IMG/VR virus record: IMGVR_UViG_3300019889_000002
Location: 1 to 54,387 of that record
Reading direction: 5' to 3' (one strand)
DNA: 54,387 nt
Source: a virus
Lineage: Duplodnaviria > Caudoviricetes
Positions 45,635 through 53,782 of the stretch are shown here, one piece after another. The translations under genes and the position numbers were made by a program. The notes under the pieces are model-generated. The model was not told the origin of the DNA, searched no databases, and saw only the letters and a program-made list of their open reading frames with translations. Position 1 is the first letter of the stretch. Every line of letters starts with the position of its first letter.

Positions 45635-45660
45635 TTAAACCCACACCCACCAAACAGACA

Positions 45661-45903
45661 TCACTTACCGGACTCCAGTTGTTCGGCGCGTTTTCGTAGC
45701 TGTGTGGCCGCTTCGTGCATTTCACCGAACTGGTCAAAGGTTCCCTGGTCGATCAACAGTCGAAGATAGTCGGCGCCGTCTCGCAGCGCTTGAGCGGCAA
45801 TGTGTGGGGCGGCGGCGTGGAGTCCCCGCAGTACGTCGTCCCACGATCCCTCCCGTTCCATCGCTTCATGGGCAGCCGACTTCGCGGCCTCAGACAGGTT
45901 CAT
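45661..45903 (-). CDS. Hypothetical protein
   Basis: AAGGAG RBS; ATGA overlap. Confidence 0.65.
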   Translation of the reverse strand: MNLSEAAKSAAHEAMEREGSWDDVLRGLHAAAPHIAAQALRDGADYLRLLIDQGTFDQFGEMHEAATQLRKRAEQLESGK

Positions 45904-46163
45904 CGTGTGCTCCTTGCCTGTTGTGGCTGGTACTGGTCGGCGCCGGGGTAGCCGGGGTGGTTGGTGCGGTTGCCTTGGCCGGGGCGTGCGTCGCGCCATT
46001 TCAGGACGGTCTCCCGCCGCCAGTACGCGGTTTGTCCGACGCCGGCGTCTCCGCGTTTCGCTGATTGCAATAGTGGCGACCGGCCTACAGCGTTCCGGTA
46101 CGCCCCGTAACTGTGCCCCACTAGGGCGGCGGCTTCACGGGTAGTGATCCATTCATCATCCAT
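45900..46163 (-). CDS. AlpA/excisionase-like HTH protein
   Basis: WITTREAAALVG...W....V..W...RPGQG. Confidence 0.7.
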   Translation of the reverse strand: MDDEWITTREAAALVGHSYGAYRNAVGRSPLLQSAKRGDAGVGQTAYWRRETVLKWRDARPGQGNRTNHPGYPGADQYQPQQARSTR

Positions 46164-46242
46164 CGTTGTTTCCTGTCTATGATCGGGGTGGTTATCCATG
46201 GGTTCCCCGGCTGTAGCGTTGAGGCAGCCGGGGGACAACGCG

Positions 46243-46665
46243 TTACGGGATCGACCAGTAGTAGCGAAACCCGTCGTTGATTTCCGGGGGCGGGTCCTGG
46301 GCGAGGTGCCCTTTCTCCTGTTCGAGACCGTGTGGGCCGGTGACTCCGGGGCGTTGACTGGTCCATGCCCCTATTGATTCACCGTCCGAGAAGCACTCGG
46401 CGATGAGGTACGCGTCCGGGTATGGTTTGTCGAACGGCGGGTATTCCGGTGGCGGCCCGTAACTGTTGTGGTCGCCGGTGTGCCCTTCAACGCATTTGCA
46501 CCACTTCGTTTCGTTGCGGGGGTCGACGGCCCCGCACTCGCCGGGACGAGCGTCCCCGTGGAACCGGTTGCCTAGCAGCATGTTGGCTATGACCTGTTCA
46601 GCGGTCAGACCGTAAGGCCGTCCGGATTCGGTGGCCGCTGATGTCAACGCGTCGTCAACGGTCAT
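46243..46665 (-). CDS. Hypothetical protein with a C-C-H-x-G-x-H module
   Basis: GGAGG RBS; CGAV...CKCVEGHTGDH. Confidence 0.65.
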   Translation of the reverse strand: MTVDDALTSAATESGRPYGLTAEQVIANMLLGNRFHGDARPGECGAVDPRNETKWCKCVEGHTGDHNSYGPPPEYPPFDKPYPDAYLIAECFSDGESIGAWTSQRPGVTGPHGLEQEKGHLAQDPPPEINDGFRYYWSIP

Positions 46666-47267
46666 TCGGTGACCTCCGTCCACTCTCCACGCCAGACGGG
46701 ACGCTGTACTTCGCGCGCCTTCATTGCGGCGGGCAGCTCGTCGATCGCTGTTGGCCGCTGTCCAAGCGCGGACGGTGCGACTGTTGGCGTGCCGTCAACT
46801 GCGCTTGAGTACTGGACGCCGTACTGGATGGTCTGCTCACCCAGCAGCGGAAGGGCGGCCAGCAACGCTGCCTCTACCGCGCCGAGGTCGGTACGTCCGT
46901 ACAGGATCGTCAGGGTCGTAGCGCACGGATACCGGGTGGGGAGCCGCCCCGCATCCGGGTCCGAGCACTCAATGCAGAAGCCGAGTTCTGCACCGTCGTC
47001 GCGGTCGTGCAGTTCCCGGACCCGCGCGATAGCGGCGGCTAGAGCGTCGGCCTTGGCGATCTCGGCGCGGTAGTCGGCGAGCAGTCCGTTATAGCTGTGC
47101 GCGTCATCCTCTGCATCGCTCTCCGCAGCCTCCAAGCGAGCCTCGGACCGGATCAGGCGGGCGTACGTTCGGTGCTCGACGGTGCTGTACAGGGCCGGGT
47201 TCAACCGCATGTATTCGCCGAGCTGTCTCGTTTCAGCGTCGCTCAATGGCGTGTGCTTTTCAATCAC
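46662..47267 (-). CDS. Hypothetical protein with an H-CxxC-PC module
   Basis: VRELH...CIEC...YPCAT. Confidence 0.65.
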   Translation of the reverse strand: MIEKHTPLSDAETRQLGEYMRLNPALYSTVEHRTYARLIRSEARLEAAESDAEDDAHSYNGLLADYRAEIAKADALAAAIARVRELHDRDDGAELGFCIECSDPDAGRLPTRYPCATTLTILYGRTDLGAVEAALLAALPLLGEQTIQYGVQYSSAVDGTPTVAPSALGQRPTAIDELPAAMKAREVQRPVWRGEWTEVTE

Positions 47268-47467
47268 GATTCCTCCCCGTTCAGCCCGGCGATGGTGGCG
47301 CACGGCCATGTCTGGGAGCAGGTGTCGCAGTAGTCAACACCGTCCTCAGTGATCAAGGAGTGCTGCTTGCGGACCCGCGCGGTAGCGTGCTCCAGTCGCA
47401 GGGCCTCCTCCTCCAGCCGCTCCCGAGGCATCAAGCCGAAATAGGTGGCGGTACGTGGCTCAGACAT
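47264..47467 (-). CDS. Small H-CxxC-PC protein
   Basis: VRKQH...CDTC...WPCAT; AAGGAGG RBS. Confidence 0.7.
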   Translation of the reverse strand: MSEPRTATYFGLMPRERLEEEALRLEHATARVRKQHSLITEDGVDYCDTCSQTWPCATIAGLNGEES

Positions 47468-48113
47468 CGCTGGCCTCCTTGTTGTCTAGTGCGGCCAGGA
47501 TTTCGCGAGATAGGTCGTATGTGGCGCTGCTGCCGCCCTGCTCACAGTGGTGCGAGCGGGCGCGGTCTGCGACTTCCCGAACCCGCTGGATCGCGGCTAT
47601 TGCGTCGGCGAGTTCGGCGGCCAGCTTCTCGTTCTTGATTTCCACGTCGTCCAGCAGAGCCTTCAGCAGCGCCTTGCTCGTGTAGGGGTCATCGTCGTCG
47701 TTCGCCCTCCTATTACGTTCCCGGTTGGCGGCGGCATCCGCTATAGCCAGATGGGCGGCCAGGCGGGTGTTCTCGGCCAGCAAATACCGGAGGTCATCCG
47801 GGGCATTGGCGATCAGCTCGGCGTCCTGGTGGGCAGTTCCACCGTCGGGGCCGTAACCGGTGTACGCCACCAGAATGCCGCCCGCGGACTTCACGGCGTG
47901 AGACCGGAAGCCACGGAAGTCGACGCTGTACCGGTTCCACGGCTGACTCGACGCAGCCGCGAGCCGTTCCCGGATCTGTGCGGTGCGGTCGGTGTCAATC
48001 ACCGGTGGCCTGCCGGACGGTCGCCGGTCAGCAGCCGGCTCGGCGGCCATGCGGGCGTTGTGTGCCATGGCGGCACCAACAGCGTCACCCATACTCGGAT
48101 ACGTGTCAGGCAT
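47460..48113 (-). CDS. Ead/Ea22-like hypothetical protein
   Basis: IRERLAAAS..PW...DAELIANAPDDLRYLLAE. Confidence 0.65.
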   Translation of the reverse strand: MPDTYPSMGDAVGAAMAHNARMAAEPAADRRPSGRPPVIDTDRTAQIRERLAAASSQPWNRYSVDFRGFRSHAVKSAGGILVAYTGYGPDGGTAHQDAELIANAPDDLRYLLAENTRLAAHLAIADAAANRERNRRANDDDDPYTSKALLKALLDDVEIKNEKLAAELADAIAAIQRVREVADRARSHHCEQGGSSATYDLSREILAALDNKEASDV

Positions 48114-48237
48114 TGTTCGATCCTTCCTTTGTCTCTTGTGCCCCACGGGAGAGCTGCACTCCTGACGTCCTGGTGGACGCTTTTTCGTCGGCCTACTCGG
48201 CGGGGCGTGTGCCCGGTGCCGTACCGGGCGGTAGAGG

Positions 48238-48366
48238 TCAGTCGTCGTATTCGTCGTCGAGGCTGTGGTCGTGCGCACCGGAGTCGTGGCAGCCCCAACA
48301 GGTCTGGCATTGGTGGCAGTCGATGCTTGACCCGCATTGGCAGCGGCGATCGTCGTCGTATTTCAT
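48238..48366 (-). CDS. Tiny Cys-rich protein
   Basis: AAGGAG RBS; CQCG...CHQCQTCWGCH. Confidence 0.6.
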   Translation of the reverse strand: MKYDDDRRCQCGSSIDCHQCQTCWGCHDSGAHDHSLDDEYDD

Positions 48367-48415
48367 TTCGTTCTCCTTCGGTGGTGGCCGGAGAGCCGGG
48401 CTCCGGCCGGGTGGG

Positions 48416-48664
48416 TTACTTGCTTGCTTCGTGGCAGCGGGTGCAGAGTTCGTCCTCGCTGTCTTCAACGGCCAGTGCCCCGCAGACGTCGTAGCACCAG
48501 TTGGGGCAGATCGGGCAGTGCCACTGTTCGTCGCTGCCGACTCCCCCGTTGGTGGTCCACCCTTCGCATCCGGCGAGGTCGCGTAGTTCGTTGAGGCCCT
48601 CGGTGCTGGTGATTTCGTCGCCGCAGTTGTTGTCGCAGGTGATGGTGTGGGTGGTGGTGATCAT
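48416..48664 (-). CDS. Cys-rich hypothetical protein
   Basis: GAGGAG RBS; TITCD..C...GW...HCPIC. Confidence 0.7.
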   Translation of the reverse strand: MITTTHTITCDNNCGDEITSTEGLNELRDLAGCEGWTTNGGVGSDEQWHCPICPNWCYDVCGALAVEDSEDELCTRCHEASK

Positions 48665-48691
48665 TTTGGGCTCCTCGGTGGGTGTATACCC

Positions 48692-48731
48692 ATATTGACA
48701 CGGGTTGCGGGTGGGTGCATCAACCGTTCGG
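48692..48731 (-). promoter_or_regulatory. Repeated leftward promoter
   Basis: CCGAACGG-TTGATG-N20-CAATAT. Confidence 0.6.
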
Positions 48732-48814
48732 ACACACCCAGGTCGGTCATACGGTCAAACGTCGGCAGCCAGCCCATCAGCATCGCGAACGCCGCGCCCC
48801 AGCGAGTAGCCCAG

Positions 48815-48889
48815 TACCGCTCCCGGGATTCGAACCCGGACTGAACTGACTTTTAAGGTCAGCGCTTCTACCTGTTGAGCGACAGCGGT
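48815..48889 (-). tRNA. tRNA with anticodon TAA (Leu, reads UUA); atypical structure
   Basis: ACCGCTG acceptor, CTGAC-CTTAAAA-GTCAG anticodon arm, CCGGG-TTCGAAT-CCCGG T arm, A73; no encoded CCA. Confidence 0.75.
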
Positions 48890-48892
48890 TCA

Positions 48893-49306
48893 TCATTTCG
48901 TGGCCTCCGCCATCGCGCACTCAGGACAATGCGCGGTCTCGGACGGCCGATCCACCTCGATACCGGTCGGGTAGTGCTCGGCGCACCACACCAGCCCGAA
49001 CATCGACACCCCGCCGGGCGATCGTGCTAGGACTGCGACGGCTTTGGCGGTCAGGTTGAACATCCCGGCCGACCCGAGCCTGTCCAGCGGCTGATCGTCT
49101 GGTTGCGGGTTCTCGGGGGTCTTGCGGTACGTCGCGATGTGCTGGCCGCCGGCGGGGAGGACGCCGGCGGCCTCGGCCCGCCACATCTGACTCACACGGT
49201 CGCGTTCGTAGTCACTCATGTCGGCGAGCTCGGCTATCCGCAGCGGCACCGCGACTTGCAGCATCGTCAGCAGAATCCACGATTCGGCGTGTATCTGCCC
49301 GGTCAT
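48893..49306 (-). CDS. Hypothetical protein
   Basis: LQVAVPLRIAEL...PGGVSMFGLVWCA; ATGA overlap. Confidence 0.7.
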   Translation of the reverse strand: MTGQIHAESWILLTMLQVAVPLRIAELADMSDYERDRVSQMWRAEAAGVLPAGGQHIATYRKTPENPQPDDQPLDRLGSAGMFNLTAKAVAVLARSPGGVSMFGLVWCAEHYPTGIEVDRPSETAHCPECAMAEATK

Positions 49307-49791
49307 GCGGCACCCGCAAACGGTCCGAGGATCTCGACCAGCCGCGCCAGATGACGCGCGGAGATCAGCCGATCTCCGCGCTCCCACTGGCAGATGGTGG
49401 CGGCAGAGAGTCGCAACTGGGTGGCCAGCCGCTTCTGACTGAGGCCAGCGGCGTGACGGGCCTCAGTCAGGGCGCTACCCTGTGGCAGGGCGCGGTCTTC
49501 TGTCGCGACAGCCAGCAGAGGGTAGAGGCGGTTCCGATCCAGCGATGCGACCGGTGCTCCCTCCTTTGCGATCTTCCGGCGCTCCGCCACTGACAGGCCG
49601 CCGAAAATCCCGTGCGCCTCCTGCCCGTCGATGGCGTGTTGCAGGCACTCGATCCGGACCGGGCAGGAGGCGCAGACCTGCCGGGCCGCCTCGGTCGGGG
49701 TGTACTGCTCGGGAAAGAACACGTCCGGATCATCCACCCCGACGCATTTCGCGTAGCCCATCCAGGGTTTGAATTCCAGGTCCAGCGTCAT
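49303..49791 (-). CDS. whiB: WhiB-family regulator fused to a C-terminal XRE HTH
   Basis: W...AKC...DVFFP...CASCPVRIEC...GIFGGLS..ER; then ARHAAGLSQKRLA...TICQWERG. Confidence 0.9.
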   Translation of the reverse strand: MTLDLEFKPWMGYAKCVGVDDPDVFFPEQYTPTEAARQVCASCPVRIECLQHAIDGQEAHGIFGGLSVAERRKIAKEGAPVASLDRNRLYPLLAVATEDRALPQGSALTEARHAAGLSQKRLATQLRLSAATICQWERGDRLISARHLARLVEILGPFAGAA

Positions 49792-50006
49792 CCCGCCACC
49801 TCCAGGTCGAACAGGGCAGGCTGCACGAATCGACGAACGGTATGGCAGGTGCAGGCACACCGCCACCGGCAATCACCGGCCCGGAACGTGCACGGCCCGA
49901 CAGGACCCCGCGTCGCATACCACTCCGGTTGGAGCCGGTGCGCGCAGCGGTGGTGCCGGCCCTGCGTGCAGTACCCGCTGTTGCCGTACTGGCAGGGGCA
50001 TTTCAC
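49788..50006 (-). CDS. Cys-rich hypothetical protein
   Basis: CPCQYG...C..GRH..C...CRWRCACTCH. Confidence 0.65.
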   Translation of the reverse strand: MKCPCQYGNSGYCTQGRHHRCAHRLQPEWYATRGPVGPCTFRAGDCRWRCACTCHTVRRFVQPALFDLEVAG

Positions 50007-50506
50007 GGTGTCTCCCGGGTGTTCCAGCCGCACAAAAGGGCGGCGTCAGCGATGCGTTGCGGGGTTAGATTGCTGCGCAGTTTCACCAGCGTGCCGCGCG
50101 TGGAGATTATGGCCTGCCACCGCTGATCATCGGGAACATCGCAGGACGCATTGTGTGACACCTCTACAGCCACATCGGGGTGTTCGGTTTCCCATATGGT
50201 CCTACCGGTGGCCCGCCGGTAGGTTCGCTGGAAACCGATGGCACGGCCGTATCTGACCAGCTCGCGGATGGTCACCTCGGGTGTGGGTTCGTCGTGCCCG
50301 AGGTCGCCGTCGCAGCGCATCCCCAAATCTCCGATGTGCGGGCAGCCGCCATCGGTGGCGTGCGTGAAGTGCGTTCCATCGGAGGGTTCACGCAGTTTCG
50401 CCGTGGCGCGGTCCATCAACGATTCGGCTATCCGACGGCCACGCTCCACAGAGCCACGCCGGATCTTGATCGAATTGGTCTGCGGTTCGGCCAGTGGGTC
50501 ACGCAT
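50003..50506 (-). CDS. Hypothetical protein
   Basis: AGGA RBS; overlaps both neighbours. Confidence 0.6.
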   Translation of the reverse strand: MRDPLAEPQTNSIKIRRGSVERGRRIAESLMDRATAKLREPSDGTHFTHATDGGCPHIGDLGMRCDGDLGHDEPTPEVTIRELVRYGRAIGFQRTYRRATGRTIWETEHPDVAVEVSHNASCDVPDDQRWQAIISTRGTLVKLRSNLTPQRIADAALLCGWNTRETP

Positions 50507-50669
50507 CGCGGTCCTGCTTTCGTGTCTGTGCGTTGTGGATGATTGCGGCGCGGCGTTGCTCCCAGGTCGGTTCGGTCCATTGGTGCCAGCCGACCGGGTG
50601 GGGCATCCACCGCGAACAGTGGGAGCGCTGGGGTTCACCGCACCAGCGGCACGCGGACGGGTCACGCAT
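50499..50669 (-). CDS. Small CxxC/His protein
   Basis: PSACRWCG...H...W...GWHQWTEPT. Confidence 0.65.
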   Translation of the reverse strand: MRDPSACRWCGEPQRSHCSRWMPHPVGWHQWTEPTWEQRRAAIIHNAQTRKQDRDA

Positions 50670-50883
50670 CACGGTCCGCCTCGTCATTGATGCGGCGGAG
50701 TTCGGCAACCCGCTTTACGGTGCGGTCGCATACGTCCCGCCAGTTGTTCCCGCGAATGAACTCGAAATACCAGTACGGTTCCCCGCCTGGAGTTCGTGCA
50801 TTGTCAGCGCGTTCGGTGCAGTAGATTTCTGATTGCCAGCAGGCGCCGAACTGGTAGACGTCTCCTCGGATCGGGTGATTCAT
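50662..50883 (-). CDS. Hypothetical protein
   Basis: GGAGG RBS; ATGA overlap. Confidence 0.6.
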   Translation of the reverse strand: MNHPIRGDVYQFGACWQSEIYCTERADNARTPGGEPYWYFEFIRGNNWRDVCDRTVKRVAELRRINDEADRDA

Positions 50884-51095
50884 CGGCCCGCCTCCCGGCT
50901 CTTGTCGGTTTCGACAATGGTCAGAAGCGAGGTCACACCGACCATCAAAATCCACAGTTCGTGTCCGTAACTGCCAGTGGCTCTGGCTCGCAGGCAATCG
51001 GCCCACTGTCGCCAAACCACGGAGACGGCCCACGGCAACAATTCGGCGTCGCGTTCACCGGTCATGGCGCAGAGCAGGACACGGTCAGCGTCCAT
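50880..51095 (-). CDS. Hypothetical protein
   Basis: GGAGG RBS. Confidence 0.55.
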   Translation of the reverse strand: MDADRVLLCAMTGERDAELLPWAVSVVWRQWADCLRARATGSYGHELWILMVGVTSLLTIVETDKSREAGR

Positions 51096-51429
51096 TGGTA
51101 GCCTCCAATTCGGCCACGGTGAACGGGCCACGCAGGTGCCGGTTGCACACCGGGTACGGGTCCTCGTTGGGGTATTCGGGGTCGATCCGGCGGCCGACAG
51201 CGAACCGGTTGCACGGTTCCTCGCTGTCGTTCCGGTCCACCGCTTCGTGGCATTCGTGGTACGTGACTCGCCACGTCGGATGCCATGGTGCCCTCGACCC
51301 GTCCTCGTCGAGCCGGACGAATATGGATTCGTTCGCTGACACGATTCGACCGTTCTTGCCGTCAACGGTGACCAGGCCACCCCGGTACGCGGGGACCCGG
51401 TAGTAGTTGCGGACATAGGACAGACTCAT
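51085..51429 (-). CDS. Phage hypothetical protein
   Basis: YVRNYYRVPA.RGG.V...HPTW pattern; C-terminal Cys/His. Confidence 0.7.
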   Translation of the reverse strand: MSLSYVRNYYRVPAYRGGLVTVDGKNGRIVSANESIFVRLDEDGSRAPWHPTWRVTYHECHEAVDRNDSEEPCNRFAVGRRIDPEYPNEDPYPVCNRHLRGPFTVAELEATNGR

Positions 51430-51779
51430 CGCTCGTCCTCCGTCTGCTCGTCGTCGTTCAGGCAGTCGGAGTCGCCGTATGGAGGTTCGAGTCCAGCCGC
51501 GCGGAGCCGCTGCTCGTCATGCTCGTCCCGGGACCTGGCAGCGCACTGGCCAAGGTCGTCAGCGACCTCGCTGTAGGCGGTTTCTCGGTCGGGGTTGGCG
51601 GCGTAGATGCTGGCGTGTATCTCCAAGATCTCGGCCTCGATGATCGGCCGGACAGCAGCCACGACAGCGCGGGCGTCCTCCGAGCACGGGTCGCAACTCT
51701 CGCCAGGTTCGCAGGCACAGCCGGCACCGCCCGCAATCACGACCTGCGTGGCCCGCTCGGCCGGGGTCAGATCGTTCAT
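51426..51779 (-). CDS. Hypothetical protein
   Basis: GGAGG RBS; ATGA overlaps. Confidence 0.65.
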   Translation of the reverse strand: MNDLTPAERATQVVIAGGAGCACEPGESCDPCSEDARAVVAAVRPIIEAEILEIHASIYAANPDRETAYSEVADDLGQCAARSRDEHDEQRLRAAGLEPPYGDSDCLNDDEQTEDER

Positions 51780-52030
51780 TGGCCGGCCTCCCCGTCGTCT
51801 GCGCGGTCGCGGATGGAGTCGATGAGTGGGTGTTCCCCGCCCGCGTCGGTGAGGGCGTCGGCGGTTTCTCGCAGCAGGTGCGGCCGGATCTTGGTGACAA
51901 CGGTCTGCGCGAACTCGTCGACTTCGTATTGGCCCATTAGGTTGGTCATGCTGCCGTGGTCGTTGATGAGTTCGGCGACGGTTTGCACGGCCCGTCCGGT
52001 GGGGGTTAGTTCGCTGTCGAGCATGTCCAT
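51776..52030 (-). CDS. Hypothetical protein
   Basis: AAAGGA RBS; TAATG overlap. Confidence 0.65.
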   Translation of the reverse strand: MDMLDSELTPTGRAVQTVAELINDHGSMTNLMGQYEVDEFAQTVVTKIRPHLLRETADALTDAGGEHPLIDSIRDRADDGEAGQ

Positions 52031-52452
52031 TAGCTGTCCTTTTGCAGGTCGTGTTGTTCGTCGGTGGTCCCGTCGTGGTGGAGGATCAACCATTCACCGT
52101 CGGGGTATTTCGTGTTGGTGATGTACACGGGGTGGTCAGCGGGGGTGCGGAGGCTTCCCTGGAACACAGCTAGGCCGAGTGCTTTGGCGGCGTTCGGGTT
52201 GTCTCGAACCCAGGCGCGGCAACTGGTGGGTTTGGGGTTGGTTGCGGTCCCGCACATGACCACCAGGTTCGATGGCCAGTGGCTCCCCCCGTATTCGGGG
52301 GACAGGATGTGGTGGAGCGACCACGTGACGTTCCACCCTTCCCACAGTTCCGGGTCGGTGACCTCGCTACCGCATTTGACGCAGCAACATTGGTCGCGGT
52401 CCAGGACGGCCTGGATCGTCGCGTGGTGGCGGGTACCGGTCAGGGCGGTCAT
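52030..52452 (-). CDS. HNH endonuclease-like protein
   Basis: RD..CVKCG...LHHI....GG...SNLVVMC. Confidence 0.75.
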   Translation of the reverse strand: MTALTGTRHHATIQAVLDRDQCCCVKCGSEVTDPELWEGWNVTWSLHHILSPEYGGSHWPSNLVVMCGTATNPKPTSCRAWVRDNPNAAKALGLAVFQGSLRTPADHPVYITNTKYPDGEWLILHHDGTTDEQHDLQKDS

Positions 52453-52658
52453 GACGCGGTGTTGAGGCTGGTCACGAAGTCGTGGATTTCGCGGCCGACG
52501 TCGGCGAGGGACAGAATTCGGGCGGAGTCGATGTCGGCTTCTGCGATGGTGGAGACCTTCACGTCGTCGGGGTGGTCACTGTCGACAAAGAAAGTGACGT
52601 TGCCGATGACGATTCGTAGGGTCTGCTTGTTGCTGCGCTCGCTGTAGTAGTCGCTCAT
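52449..52658 (-). CDS. Hypothetical protein
   Basis: GAGGAG RBS, downstream of a promoter. Confidence 0.7.
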   Translation of the reverse strand: MSDYYSERSNKQTLRIVIGNVTFFVDSDHPDDVKVSTIAEADIDSARILSLADVGREIHDFVTSLNTAS

Positions 52659-52688
52659 GTCTTGCTCCTCGGGGTGGGTGGGTCTTCC

Positions 52689-52734
52689 ATATTGACACTA
52701 GTCGGGTGCCGGGCCGGGCGGATCAACCGAACGG
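52689..52734 (-). promoter_or_regulatory. Repeated leftward promoter (longer spacer)
   Basis: CCGTTCGG-TTGATC-N26-CAATAT. Confidence 0.5.
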
Positions 52735-52757
52735 CCAGATCCGCCTGGTCTGTCCGG

Positions 52758-52967
52758 TTAGTCGTCGGACGGTGAACCGGTTTTCAGGGTGAGCATGGAC
52801 AGGCGGGCGGGGACGGTCGTCCCGCCGTCGTGGACGTACGCCCAGTGTCCGCCGTCGATGTCGGTGGTGAGGTTGACTATCCGGCCGTCGAACTGGTCGA
52901 CCGGGTTGTGTGTCTCGGCGCGGACGGTGTCGCCGATCGCGAAACGGTGGCTGGCGGTGGTACCCAT
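52758..52967 (-). CDS. Small SH3-like hypothetical protein
   Basis: AAAGG RBS; FAIGDTV...GRIV. Confidence 0.6.
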   Translation of the reverse strand: MGTTASHRFAIGDTVRAETHNPVDQFDGRIVNLTTDIDGGHWAYVHDGGTTVPARLSMLTLKTGSPSDD

Positions 52968-53045
52968 GGTGGTGCCTTTCAGGGGAGGTTGGTCACCGTG
53001 GTGACCTGGTGGTTTGTATCAAAACTGGGGAGGTTGGTCACCGGA

Positions 53046-53309
53046 CTAAACGGTGTGGGTGGTTTCGTAGGCGTGGACGACCTCGGCGAGGCTCCCGGTG
53101 CTGGTCTCGAAGGTTCTGGCGATGGCGTGGGCTTCACGTGCGGTCATCCCCGCGTGGAGTTGCAGCGCGGTTTCACCGAGGTAGTGGTGGACGGTAGCGG
53201 CGTAGAAGCCACGGCCTATGTCGGTCGTGTCGGCGGCGTACTGCTGGTACCCGGTGCGGGCTTTCGTGAGTTCGGTTTCTGCTTTGACGAGGATGCGTGT
53301 GGTGGTCAT
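53046..53309 (-). CDS. Hypothetical protein (leaderless)
   Basis: CATTAT-N6-ATG. Confidence 0.65.
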   Translation of the reverse strand: MTTTRILVKAETELTKARTGYQQYAADTTDIGRGFYAATVHHYLGETALQLHAGMTAREAHAIARTFETSTGSLAEVVHAYETTHTV

Positions 53310-53315
53310 TACTCG

Positions 53316-53355
53316 ATAATGGCTCGGTTACTGGGGGTGTGCGTCAACCGTTCGG
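53316..53355 (-). promoter_or_regulatory. Repeated leftward promoter
   Basis: CCGAACGG-TTGACG-N20-CATTAT. Confidence 0.6.
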
Positions 53356-53380
53356 TCAGGATCGTGCATCGAACGGGCGG

Positions 53381-53668
53381 CTACCGGAAAGCGGCATCGA
53401 ACAACGTGGGCGGTGGGTCTACTGTCACGCCGAGGGACCGGGCGCACCGGCCACACGACACGGGTTGATTCGTCGCCGTCAACCGGACCAGTTCCCCACC
53501 GGACATGCCGACACGACACACCGGCGCCGGCACCGACAAGCCACCAACCCACGCCGTCACACCCACCGCATGCACGGTCCCTGACTGGCCGATCCTTGCG
53601 TTCCTGCCGGTGAAACGAGCCGTGTGATGAGCGGCCAGAAGCGTCAAGCTCTGCCCTATCGAGTCCAC
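53381..53668 (-). CDS. Hypothetical Zn-binding protein; start uncertain
   Basis: VHAV...PVC...VSCGRC; divergent from the initiator gene. Confidence 0.5.
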   Translation of the reverse strand: MDSIGQSLTLLAAHHTARFTGRNARIGQSGTVHAVGVTAWVGGLSVPAPVCRVGMSGGELVRLTATNQPVSCGRCARSLGVTVDPPPTLFDAAFR

Positions 53669-53782
53669 TGGTCTCCCGCTATGATCGTGGAATCCGCTAG
53701 ACGCGGGCATGAAAATACCCGCCAAACTTGGCAGCCCGGCGGGTACTTCACAACTTAGAAAGAATAACGACGAAAGAGTAAC

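Noticed and set aside
48160-48186. Hammerhead-like CTGACG plus hairpin
   Set aside because: Lacks the GAAA core; looks like a simple hairpin
45598-52697. Plus-strand TTGACA at 45598, 48695 and 52692 as rightward -35 boxes
   Set aside because: Better explained as the reverse complement of the leftward TGTCAATAT -10 element; no credible rightward genes follow, although antisense transcription cannot be excluded
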